NCBI GenBank assembly: GCA_002633005.1
Contig: NMRA01000537.1
Coordinates: 141,041-205,040 of the forward strand
Direction of reading: 5' to 3'
DNA length: 64,000 nucleotides
DNA from: Phoronis australis
Lineage: Eukaryota; Animalia; Phoronida
Under the pieces are notes generated by a model that was not told where the DNA came from, did not search any database, and was given only the letters and a program-made list of their open reading frames with translations. Made by a program: the position numbers and the translations under genes. Positions 12,401 to 25,300 of this stretch are shown here, one piece after another. Numbering within the stretch: position 1 is the stretch's first letter; each line of letters starts with the position of its first letter.

Positions 12401-15400
12401 CAAAAACTCTGTTAGAGTTTTCTAAATTATATAAATATGTAATGTGGCCAACAGGTGGCTTGCTAACCAGACTTAAAAATGTTTGCGAGTTTTCTAAATT
12501 ATCATTTCGTTATTCGTTTTATGCAACTTTTGAGTATCATCATTAAAATCTTTTCAAAAGCTCTTATTTTTGATAGACCTACATGGAGAAATGGAACACT
12601 TTAAAAACAATTCCAATCAGAGTTTTGTAGAGGAATGCATAACGCAACGTAGCCGGTTGTTTCATATGAATCTCATCAGCCAATTAATTTTTAAGACATC
12701 ATGTTGCGAAGTTAGCCAAATTTGTACACTATTCTAGCGTCCGTCATAACCTTAAAACTAAAGCTAATTTTCTTTTTCAACTCACAGTATATCCACTTTT
12801 GAATTGCAAAAGATGCCTGAATGAAGGCGAAGAGTCCCGTCGACTTGTTGACGAAAGTTTTTAAATTTGAGTGTGTCCTTATATGAAGATATGAGACCGT
12901 AACCTTATGTTCAGGGTTGTTTATGTGAACAAAGTATAAATTCGAATATGAAATTCAAAAAACGTCTTGTATTTTTTTTCTTCTATTATTAATTCTGTGC
13001 GGAGTGGTTTTAGGTCACTGAAATATAATTATTATTCACAATAATTAACATATTGGTCATGGCTGACAAGAAAAATGACGACAAGCTTTACATGTAAGTC
13101 CGGAGAAGCGCCGAGGCATATTTTCCAGGTTGTGTGTTCCCCTTACGCATTAGTCCGTTCGTAAGGGCAAACACTTTACCAAGCTTTCCGGTGTTAATGT
13201 TTTCGGCTTTACTCTACGCCTACGTCATGAACAAAATGTTATGGTGGGCCGTTGAGGGGAAAGTGTGGCCGTAAAATTACGCTCGTAATTACGAGCACTA
13301 ATTAAATTGAAGGAGTGTCGTCGTACAATTACGCTCGTAAATTAAATGAGGAAAAGTTTCGCTATAAAATTACGCTCGTAATTACGAGCATAAATTAAAT
13401 TGCAAAGTGTTGCAGTAAAATTAGGCTCGTAAATTAAATTGGGGAAATGCCGCTGTAAATCACGCTTGTAAAATACCTTAAGAACGTTCAAAATTTAAAT
13501 CAATCAGTGCTAACCTAACATACACGGAAAACCAATTTGGCTACCAATAGACATGGAGATGACTTTCTGTTGAATTTGCAGCGAATTGTAAATGGCATGT
13601 AGCCGCGATTTGATCCGTCATGATTCAGCGCTCGCAGCGTAGATCACGTAACCTGTCAATATATATTATTTACATGAGCTCACGCGATCGTCATTGGCTA
13701 AGAGTTTAAACTAAATTACGAGCATTAATTTACGCCGTAAATAATTAAATTGCGCTCGTAATTTTACGGCGTAATTAACGGCGTAAATAACGTCGTAATG
13801 TATATAATTACGCTCGTATTTTTCCGGTGACAGTTTCTCCTCAACGGCCCGTCATACAATGTATCTCATCTCGTTTCAGTGAGTCACAAGCGCAGTGGTT
13901 ATGAGTACTACTTCGCCATGACGGAAACAGGTTTTAGAGATGCCCATTACGCCTGCGCGCAAAAAGGAATGGAGCTGGTAATGCCCAGAGACGGTTCGGA
14001 AAACGCCTGGCTTGCTACGGTGATGAGATACGCCACACGAATGGCAAACAAGCCGAGAGGAACAATTTGGCTGGCTGGTACACTAAAAAGGAGAAAATAC
14101 GTCAGCAGTTACACAGATCAACCTCTACAGTATACTAGTAAGTTAACAAATCATTTAGCGTATCTCCGCTGTCCTGCAATGGAATGGGAAAGGTGTTTTG
14201 CTTAACGTTGCTTTCTTCAATACTACACGAGACAACATTTTATGACTATTTTACAAAGAATGCATATGCAAAAACACATGAATTCGTGAATGAATAGGGA
14301 ATAAAACCCACATTCAAATATAGGCCAAGGTAGACAGCTGTCTGGTTTCCATTTAGAAGTAGCGAACACACGTGCATATGCGTAAATGGAAAATTCCCGA
14401 GACCTTTTTCTCACTAAAACACCGTAACAACATTTATCTGTTTAATAAGATTGAGGCACGTATGAGAAGCCTCCAAACACATTGTCAATTTGATGTTCAT
14501 TCCCCGTGAAGGAGGGTAAAGCTTTAGGATTCAACCCAGCCTTAATGTAATATTTTGACTATAGTCTTCATACAACTAGCTGGCTGGTTTGACTCAACCA
14601 TGCATTTCTTTTTAATTTACGCCCAGGGCTTCGTTTCATGAAGCTATTTTAGGCGTAAAGATGCTATGTCTCATATTAAAAACCGCGAATATTTAAATTT
14701 GTACCACGGGCCAACTGTGCTTACAAGTATAATCAGGAAAAGAAACAAATTGTAAATAAATTGTGGTTTTAAAGAAAACACCACAACTGATACACTTAAA
14801 AATAAGAGTGAATATATAAAAACACAGTAATTCCAAATATTACACAATCTTTCTTTGATAATGAAATAAACAAATAATAAAGCCTGTGTCTTGTTTCATT
14901 CGGGTAACGATGAAACATTAGCATACTCATTTACATAAAAATAGTCTCCAAAAACCAGACTTTTGCGAGATTGTAATGGTAATTGGCTCTCGTATGGTTT
15001 CCGGCACAACGAAAGACCAGAGGTTAGTTGTAAACTTGTAAATTAGATTGACTGTAATAACAATTCTGCAATTCCGCTACATGTCACGTGACGCTTTGAA
15101 CAATGCTGATGACGTCATGACAGCAATCAAGCTTTAGATTTAAACTTCCATGACGCAGAGCCCTTGGCGTGCGCATCTAAAGATGGGCTGGTCTGCAGAG
15201 AACTCCGGTAGTGAGTGAAATTGTGTCAGGGCCTTTCTCAGCGTTATTCAAGAAATGACCTGCCTATGCAGCGAACTTCAAGACCTTGGGCACTGCTACA
15301 GTATTAAATAACTTGCTATGAACTTCAATCATCATGGCTATGCAAACTGGGTGATCGTGTGCATTATAATGGAATACGTGACATCAGAAACGACTGATGA

Positions 15401-17917
15401 GAATACATTGTATTTTAATATCCCGCAAACATAAACAACTCTCCCGTTGTCAAAAATTGGGTACAATTCGCGAATAGTAGAGCCGTGTTAACTGGTGAAA
15501 TTCTTATTTTAGCTCACCAAATCGGCATAAAAGGCTTCGTTTTGCATTAAATGTATGGTTCGCTCGCAAAACTCCCTCACGTGATAACTAGTGTATCTGG
15601 AAGCTTCTCCTATGGTTGCGCCGTCTGGTGATCAAACCACTTACACTACTGTATCTTCCAACTTTAAAATGCGCGGGAAAGCCCAAGTGACAGATACACT
15701 GTTTCAGTTATCCAGTTCAGTGACAGTCGTAGCATCCTTTGGAGGACCATTCCTCTCTTCGTCTGTTGTAGAGAAAGCTCCAACATTAACGACTTTCACA
15801 GGGCAGCCAGTTTAGACCATTCTGAGAAAGTGAGAACTGTGACACGGTAGTAACAGTTATTCAACTACTACATCAGGGTGATATGAACCAGCAACGAGAC
15901 TCTAATGCTTGATCGGGAAGGTTGGCCATGTAGGAGTGCTGAATCCGTGCAAGAATAACGCAGACGTCTGTCAACAGGATTTCTAAACGTCGCAATTAAT
16001 TAATGGCACAAAACACCAAGGAAATACACTAATAACTCTTAGACATCATTGGCGCAACGAATGGGCTTGGCTTGTCCCTACAACATAACAAATAGCGTTA
16101 AAGCATCATTCAGAGGAATTTACGACCACGTGCAAAGTGATGGACCGAACGACGAGAGTTTGAGACTATCGATACCTTCGGGAACCTGAGTACTTCACGT
16201 TGAATGTCGGGCAGGAAACTAGTGTTCCACTGTATGTTTTCAGATCAGATCGTTTTTAGAATCGTCTTCCCTCTCTGAGTAGAAATCTGAAGCTGCGAAG
16301 ATACGATTTCTGAATGGGCTCCACTGTCTTTTGGAGAAGATACTACAAGCTCCTTTATGCATTTCAGAGTACCCCGTCCGACTCTAACTCAAATAACCAT
16401 TCTCTAAGGACTTCTAAAAGCTACTTGTTTGCAAAGGAATGGGAAATATAGCACTCAATAGAACTCGGGTTTTTGGCGTTTCCTAAATATCTTGCAGATA
16501 CTGTCTGTCTTTGGAATGAAGAATGATTTCTGCATATGTTCAGTAAGTGGATAGAGTCCTGTCTGGAACTTCAGTAGAGGTCAGTGTACTTGTATAATGG
16601 ATCAGCGTCCAAACAGTCGCTCGTGGACGTCTCACCAGAGTGCCCACGCATTGAATACAATACATACGCCGTTGTTCTCGCTTGCAGGACTCATAGTGAA
16701 TCATGTGACATCCTGGAGAATGATTGGTCTTAATGACGGATATGGGAGGAGTTATCCATCTTGATTCACAAGCTGTTGAGGCATCTTCACCAGAGGATAA
16801 TCATTCTAATTGAGAAATGCCCGTATTCGCTTTTCTGAGTAGCTGTTGAACTGCAGCTGATTGGTTTGCAAATGAGCACTAGTCACCTTTGCACGGAAGA
16901 GGGACTTCGTTTCCACCGTTCTTGAGTGGTGTTGTCTGAGAATATTCCCGTTGCGCACCTGTAAGGATAGCACCTGCATTCAAAAACGTAGTTTTAGGTA
17001 TTTTCTGGCGGTACCGTGCACATGAACGTCTGGGGATGCAGTTAATACTTCTACGGAAGGGAGCTCCACCCCCTCCTTTTGGCGAAGGGGGCAAAAAGGT
17101 CCGCCTCAGAGAAACAAAAAGTCCGAAAATGTAGAAAACAAGACAAACAAAAGTTCAAGTAAAAGGCAGGAACTACCAAAATTCGGCGAATGCACAACTC
17201 ATAGCTCTGAACGTACCCCGTATTTTTTGTAAAAGGTTGACGTTCCCAAAAATTGAGCCCCCCCCATTCGTAAGCTGGGTGCGCCCATGGGTTGTTAGGT
17301 TATATATTGTGGCATTTGGCATATAGTGTCGCCCGCACGACAATATGTGTCGAGTGTGACTATATATGTTGCAAACACAATGCCCACAGTCGCGCCTGCA
17401 GTAAGAAACACAAGGTTTTTAGTTTTGGCGTGATGCAGTAGACTACGTCTCTACGCATCAGCGTTTTAACACTGGACTGAGCATCGCAGAGCTGAGTCTC
17501 AAGATCTCGCTAACTTTTTCAATTCAATCACTTCTATAGCAAAACTCCTCAAAATGGGTATCGTAATATGGCAGCTTACGAGTCCTGTGTATGCTAAGCT
17601 CAAAGCCTGAGGCCAAAGCGCCGTACCACTTTCGCGAATATGTGTCGCTCATTAAATTCCCATTACGAGCGTCTCACAAACACCCTCCATTGTTACGACA
17701 GAAGGCGCCACATCTAGCGTGGGTTAAGACAAGTGGAAGACGCAATAGAATTGAAGTCGTGAGACCAACACAGCTAGTCTTCCTTCATGATGTGTGTACA
17801 TATGTGCCAGTGTAATGACAAGACTACTGTGCAGTAACAATGCAACTAATGTAATTAGTGTAATAATGATTATAACTTAATCTTTATTCCTGATACTATT
17901 ACCATTATTAAGAGTAC

Positions 17918-17948
<31 letters not shown>

Positions 17949-18017
17949 GTTATTATTATTATTGTTATCGTTATTGTTATTATTATCGTTAATATCATTA
18001 TTATCGTTATTTTGTTA

Positions 18018-18102
<85 letters not shown>

Positions 18103-19026
18103 CGTTAATATCATTATTATTGTTGTTGTTCCTGGGTTTTCTTCAATTTTATTCATATTCTTATTCTTCTTATTCTTCTTCCGACCAACTTTGAGGCTTA
18201 ATAACTCCAAATTGGGTGCAGGTACGGTCTTTAAATTCAGCATATGACTTTTGACAGTATATAAATTTTGATTGGTTATATAATCATATTCCATATTGCA
18301 CCGGAAGAGGTCGTTTGGTGCAAAGGTCATATCATTTTCAAAATGCTACTCCTCCTTCAGTTTTAAAGCTATCTTTTTCAAATTCGGTGCACAGGTATAA
18401 GTCAACATGACAATTTAAAAAATTACTTTTCTAAGTAATCGGGTCATCCAATCAGGTGAAATAGGTCAAAGGTCATTAGGTACAAACTAAAATTTTGAGC
18501 TAGACACTTCAAATTGACAGGTCTGATTGCTACTGGTAAATCAAATAGGAATCCAAAGTTTCAGGTCATTTAGTGCAAACATGGGGTCACTAGGTGCATT
18601 TTTCTTCTGAAAATTTGACCTTTTCAATCAACAAGTATTCTGATGTGTCAACCGTTAGACAACTGTGATTCTCAGCGTTAAACACATTTTCCTTGGGCTT
18701 TGCAATAATTCTAAAGATGCTTAAAATGCACCGGATAAGGTCAATTAGTGCAAAGGTCATGTAACGTTCAACATGTTATATCTCTTACGTTTTTCAAGGA
18801 AATATTTTCAATTTCAGCACACTGGTGTAAGTCAACATGCCAAGTTAATATGTAATTTCTCCTACAATTTTAAAGAATTCCTTTTCATATTGATAAACGG
18901 GTTGCTGTCAGTAACTTCCCTTAATAATTCTAGTAATACGCACGCGCAGAGTCCGAAATTGTCACGCCGTGACAATAAACTTTCTAGTTATTATTATTAT
19001 TATTATCGTTAATATCATTATTATTG

Positions 19027-19057
<31 letters not shown>

Positions 19058-19077
19058 CGTTAATATCATTATTGTTG

Positions 19078-19108
<31 letters not shown>

Positions 19109-19335
19109 TATTATCATTATCATTATTATTATTATCGTTAATATCATTATTGTTATTATTAATATTATTATTATTATTATTATTATTATTATCGTTGGTA
19201 ACATTATTATCGTTATTATTGTTATCATTATTGTCATTGTTATTATTATCATTATAAATATTAATATTATTATCATCATTGTCGTAAATATCATTATTAC
19301 CATTATTATCATTATCATCATCATCATCATCATCA

Positions 19336-19367
<32 letters not shown>

Positions 19368-22300
19368 GTGTTTATTCTCCGCCTGCTATTTACAATTAAA
19401 TACGTTTCTTCTTCTTTAGATTTTCGCGAACACCCTAACTTATGGAGTATCATCCCGAGGTGTTCTTCCTTGTACACGCAACTCCTATGGGACGACAAGT
19501 CTTCTAGAAACGTTGCTGGGTTGTGGTCCGATGAATGTTGTACCGATAAGAAATATTATATTTGCAAAAAAGGTGAGATCAAATATCATGCTTGGTTTGT
19601 TCAAGATTCACGTTAAAATACACATATATGAAGAGTCAAATTTCTGTATTTACTAACACTTTTCCTCGGTGAAATTAGAAATACAACTGATTTAATTTAA
19701 GTCCCTGGAAGAGCTTTTCATTGGTGCGGTTGTTCATTAATGTGGACACAATAGAAATCACCACCCAATACGTTGTGGTACCTCAAACTCTAGCGGAGGT
19801 TCTACCGAATATATGCTCTAGCCGAATGAACTTATCAATTCACCGTCACCTCGTGCCTGGGACTCGCACACACCGCGTGCCGTGTTAAAAAATCACTCAC
19901 CGTGTTTGTGACTCAAGAGCTGTGTTTTGGATAGGCAAGGCTCAGAAATAATGTCTGTTTTGACTAAGAAACAATTTGCGACCAATTTCATGGCGAAAAT
20001 TTGATTTTTATGCCAGAAGGCGGGTTTATATGGCTTTAATAGAATCCAGTCACATTGAAAAACTCTTTCGCCACTCAGTCGCTCCATAATATCCGCCAGT
20101 GGCTGTACTTGTTGACTGACTTCGCCGGCTCCGCCGGATCAAACAACCATATCATCTGATCTGTGTATAAGCCGGATGTCGTCATGAAAAACCAATCTGG
20201 CATTTTGCCGCTTGACCCGGAGAAACCGGCGAAGTCAATCGAGTGCAACCAATGTACCAACTTTAAGTTGTGGAGACTTTCACGGGAGATTTCCTTCCGT
20301 GGCGGCACAGATGGTAGACAACAAATTCGCAATTCAGATATATTCTTTTGGAATTCTCAGAGGAGGGACCATAATAAACGTTAGAAGTATTGAGGACGGG
20401 AATGATGTCCATTTACTTTCTCTTTATCCATTGTGGCACACGGTTTCCTGTCCGTTCTATAACTCATCCCTGTTAGACCCCAATACTGATGTTGCGAGGG
20501 AAAATGTTATGTTGTGCAGGGTTTCATTGGGGTTCGCAATTGCCACCCGAAGCTCAACACGATCGAAATACGAGGATACATTGAAGCACTCGTATTGAGC
20601 AGGGTCATGACATTCCCCCCGTCATGTTTTAGCTGTCTTATACTCGTTCTCTCCGTGTTCCTAGATGCTTCTGAGAAGCGGTCCAACGCTCATTGTTACC
20701 TCTTCAAAAACCGATCGCATACGTTGTATTCAAAAACCAAGGTTGGCCCCTCCTTGCTATTTACACTTCCTCGACTGGATTCGGTCTAGTAGGCCTATCA
20801 TTATTGATCTGTTTTAGATATCAACGAATGTGAAGACAACAATGGCGGTTGTGATCACAAATGTATCAATACCGACGGGTCGTTCAAGTGTGAGTGTAAT
20901 ACAAGTTACATCATGAAAAACAACAAGTGTGTTATCGACCATCCGTGTCAGCGACTCTCTCACGGTTGTCAGCATTTTTGTGTGAACACACCTTCGTCTT
21001 ACGTTTGTCTGTGTAAACCAGGCTACCAACTTGTTGACGGCAAAAATTGCATTGACATCAACGAATGCAAGAATGCCAATGGCGGATGCCAACAAAAATG
21101 CTTAAATACACCTGGTTCTTTCAAANGCGGCACTGATCGTAGACAACAAATTCGCAATTCCTATATATTCTTTTGGAATTCTCAGAGGAGGGACCATTAT
21201 AAACGTTAGAAGTATTGAGGACGGGAATGATGTCCATTTACTTTCTCTTTATCCGTCGTGGCACACAGTTTCCTGTCCGTTCTATAACTCATCCCTGTTA
21301 GACCCCAATACTGATGTTGCGAGGGAAAATGTTATGTTGTGCAGGGTTTCACTGGGGTTCGCCATTGCCACCCGAAGCTCAACACGATCGAAATACGTAT
21401 TGAGCAGGGTCATGACATTCCCCCCGTCATGTTTTAGCTGTCTTATACTCGTTCTCTCCGTGTTCCTAGATGCTTCTGAGAAGCGGTGCAACGCTCATTG
21501 TTACATCTTCAAAAACCGATCGCATACGTTGTATTCAAAAACCAAGGTTGGCCCCTCCTTGCTATTTACACTTCCTCGACTGGATTCGGTCCAGTAGGCC
21601 TATCATTATTGATCTGTTTTAGATATCAACGAATGTGAAGACAACAATGGCGGTTGTGATCACAAATGTATCAATACCGACGGGTCGTTCAAGTGTGAGT
21701 GTAATACAAGTTACATCATGAAAAACAACAAGTGTGTTATCGACCATCCGTGTCAGCGACTCTCTCACGGTTGTCAGCATTTTTGTGTGAACACACCTTC
21801 GTCTTACGTTTGTCTGTGTAAACCAGGCTACCAACTTGTTGACGGCAAAAATTGCATTGACATCAACGAATGCAAGAATGCCAATGGCGGATGCCAACAA
21901 AAATGCTTAAATACACCTGGTTCTTTCAAATGTGAATGTGACCCAGGTTACGTTGTGAAAAACAATACGTGCGTAACCGATAACCATTGCCTGCTACTAC
22001 GACACAACTGCCAGCATTTTTGTGTCAGCACGCCCTCTTCGTACGTGTGTCTCTGCAAGCCAGGATACCGACTAGTTCAGGGCAAGAAATGTGAAGATGT
22101 CAACGAGTGCAAGACTGGAAATGGTGGCTGTGACCAAACATGTAAAAATACAGTTGGGTCTTTCAGCTGTAAATGTAAATCTGGTTATAAGATAGTGAAT
22201 AACACGAAATGTGAAGACGTGAACGAATGTCTTTTGCAAAATGGCGGATGTGACCATGATTGTGTTAACACAATTGGATCTTATAGTTGTAAGTGTAGAA

Positions 22301-25300
22301 CTGGTTATAAATTGTCAAAGGGAAAGAAATGTAGAGGCGTGAATGAATGTCTAAAACAAAATGGCGGATGTGACCATGAATGTGTTATTACAAATAAGTC
22401 GTATTATTGCAAATGTAGAACTGGTTATATACTGGTCAATGGAAAAAAATGTGAAGACATCAATGAATGTCTTAAACAAAATGGCGGATGTGACCATGAC
22501 TGTGTGAATACAGTTGGATCTCATAACTGTAAATGTAGACCCGGCTATAAACAGAAGAATGGTAAAAATTGCGAAGACGTTAATGAATGTCTTACACAAA
22601 ATGGCGGATGTGACCACCTCTGTGTCAACACAGTTGCATCTTTTATATGCAAATGTAAACCGGGATATAAACTGACAAATGGCACGAAGTGCGAAGACGT
22701 GAACGAATGTCTTACAAACAATGGAGGATGTAAAGGACAGTGTATCAACACAGATGGTTCTTTTGTTTGTAAATGTGGCACAGGATATAGATTGGTCAAT
22801 GGCAGCGAATGTGAAGACGTAGATGAATGCAAGCAAAGAAATGGTGGCTGCCAACATACGTGCGTAAATAGCGCCGGTTCCTTTGCCTGTAAATGCAGAC
22901 CTGGTTACCGGCTGCAGCCAGGTGGCACGTGCTCGGACATCGATGAGTGCGCGACAAAAAATGGTGGATGTCAACAAAACTGTACAAACTTGTCTGGTTC
23001 TCACAGATGTTCATGCTTTGAAGGATTTGTGCCAGATGGAAAATATGGCTGCAAAGGTAGGTATGTGTGAACACAAAAACTAGCAAACAGTGATTAGATT
23101 ATTTCCCTCACAAACACGCGAGCGCGCGCGCGCGGGCGGGCACACACGCACATTGAACGCGCTCCCGTTTGCACGGTCTGCACAGGCACACACTTCATTC
23201 ACTGACATTTGTTATACATTCGAATTTGATCAAGAAATTTTGCGGTTTTAGGGAACATAAATGCATTTGCACAGATTTCTCGGCTATGCAAGAATTAACT
23301 TGGCAAATTTCCGTTTGTATTTCGACAATATCCAAATTTTAAGAACGTACACCCTTAAGTGAAACTTTGTGTAAAATGGGGAAAGAAAATTTTCACTTAG
23401 TATGTGTGTGACTCATTTTTACAAAACGATTGATATGAGTAGATTTTAAGACAAAAGTAACAAATTTTGAAACGTATTTGCAATGGAGAAAAGACGCAAA
23501 AACATCCTAATTGAGACATTTTCAAGTGCAAGAGACACTCGATCGCCTGCGCTTGTGAGTGAAATTTATGTATATGCACGTACCATTTGTAAGATATTAA
23601 TAAGTTTCGAAATCAAAACGCATCATTCTTATATAGACACGCGAGCAGTTACCGGTTAAGTGAACAAAGTAACACGTTCATTCGCAGAGTCTTCAAGGAT
23701 TTTATTTGAAGAATATTTTTGCCATTCGTCATTATTCAGTTGTAGATAATACAAACTTTGGGTTTCAGATATAGATGAGTGTAAAAACTCCAACGGCGGA
23801 TGTGATCACGCGTGCCGCAACACACCAGGATCCTACTCGTGCAGTTGTCAAACTGGTTTCCGATTGGACGTTGACAAAAAGACATGTAAGTAAATGTACC
23901 AAACATACATGCCGTAAGTTGCAACGGTGGCGGCAACTCCATTTAACTGTGGACAGCTGTGAGCGAACATGGCCATTCCCAGTTTCTGAATTTGTAATTT
24001 ATTTGCAGTTTACAATAACCACATTAAACCGAGCGTAACTTTGTTTGTGTTCAAGTTCTTGATTGTTTTGAGTAAAACGTTTCAGGTGACACGGTCTGCT
24101 AGAGGAAATCTTCTATTTCAATTTCAAATTCAAAATGTCTAACTTTCAAAGTTACGTAAGGCATGATCACAATTCACAATTCTTTGAATAGTTGAATACT
24201 GAAGACGTCCAAGTGTTTTGTCCACGGAGGGGTACGTTGCCTTTTGGGGCTATTTTGGTCGATTTGGCATACTCTGCTGACGATAAGAGATGTTTTGAAT
24301 ATTTTCAGTTAATTTATGCATTAATGAAATAAATAAAAAATAGTTCCTCAAGTGATGATGCATTGAGCGTGTACCGAAAATGTCAACCAGAATGAGTTCC
24401 GGAAACGCACGAATTTCGTGAAAGCACAAGATCACGCAAGTCTTCACGAGATATCGCAGTGATCATGTATTACAAGCCGTGCGCATGATCACACCTGATG
24501 TCAATCTTTCTTTCGCTAATTGACAAGCTCAGTTTTATGTCCGATGCCACGACGCAATTATCTACCGTGCTGAACGAATATGTAAATGTAAACACGCATC
24601 GACTCAAAACTGTTGTCAACAAACAAAAACCCATCGCAGTTTTTTGGCCAATTTTATCGTATTTCTTCCGCAAAAGAAGGCTTCTACGCTAATTTTTCCC
24701 GAGTAATTGAATTCTTATAACTACCAGTTTCTGCCTTTGACAGTTCAATTTATTTTAGCGGGTACTTTATTGCCGTGAAGATATCGCTTATGTGTTATAT
24801 TGTCCTGTACAGCACAATAGAAGCTGATATCAACTTACGTGATATCAAAGGCGGACGGCAACACCGATTTTGAGGGTTGATGCAGGGAAGCATTGTTCAA
24901 CTACAACATACTACTGAACGGCCCGCTTTCCTATTGTTTAGCTTTTCGAGAGTGTCCTACACTGTAGGTCTCTGGAACGCAGCTCCGGTACGGTTACCAG
25001 TTTTTCCTTGTTCTTCAGATAGAACTGATACATGTAGAGTAACATTTCAGCCGGTCGTACAAACAGTGATTTCTTTGCGCTCACACTTCAAGTTTGAAGA
25101 ATTGTTGATATAGTTCTTACAAATATCGACTAAAAGACTTAATATGCATTTCCGGTTAAGTAAATACGCCAAATTGACTGAAAACGCCTTTAAGGAACAT
25201 TTCTCTTTTACTAATTTCCTTGTTACTTGTACTATATTCCCGCTTTTTATTTTATTTTTTTTTATTTCAGGCATTCAGTCGTGCAAACACGACAATGGAG

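Noticed and set aside
18007-19616. Poly-Ile/Leu/Met ORFs as membrane proteins
   Set aside because: Translations of ATT/ATC microsatellites; only 19420-19572 is a real exon.
22351-23004. Long antisense ORFs (217 aa here, 174 aa at 46441-46965)
   Set aside because: Shadows of the repetitive EGF exons on the opposite strand, with no independent motifs.
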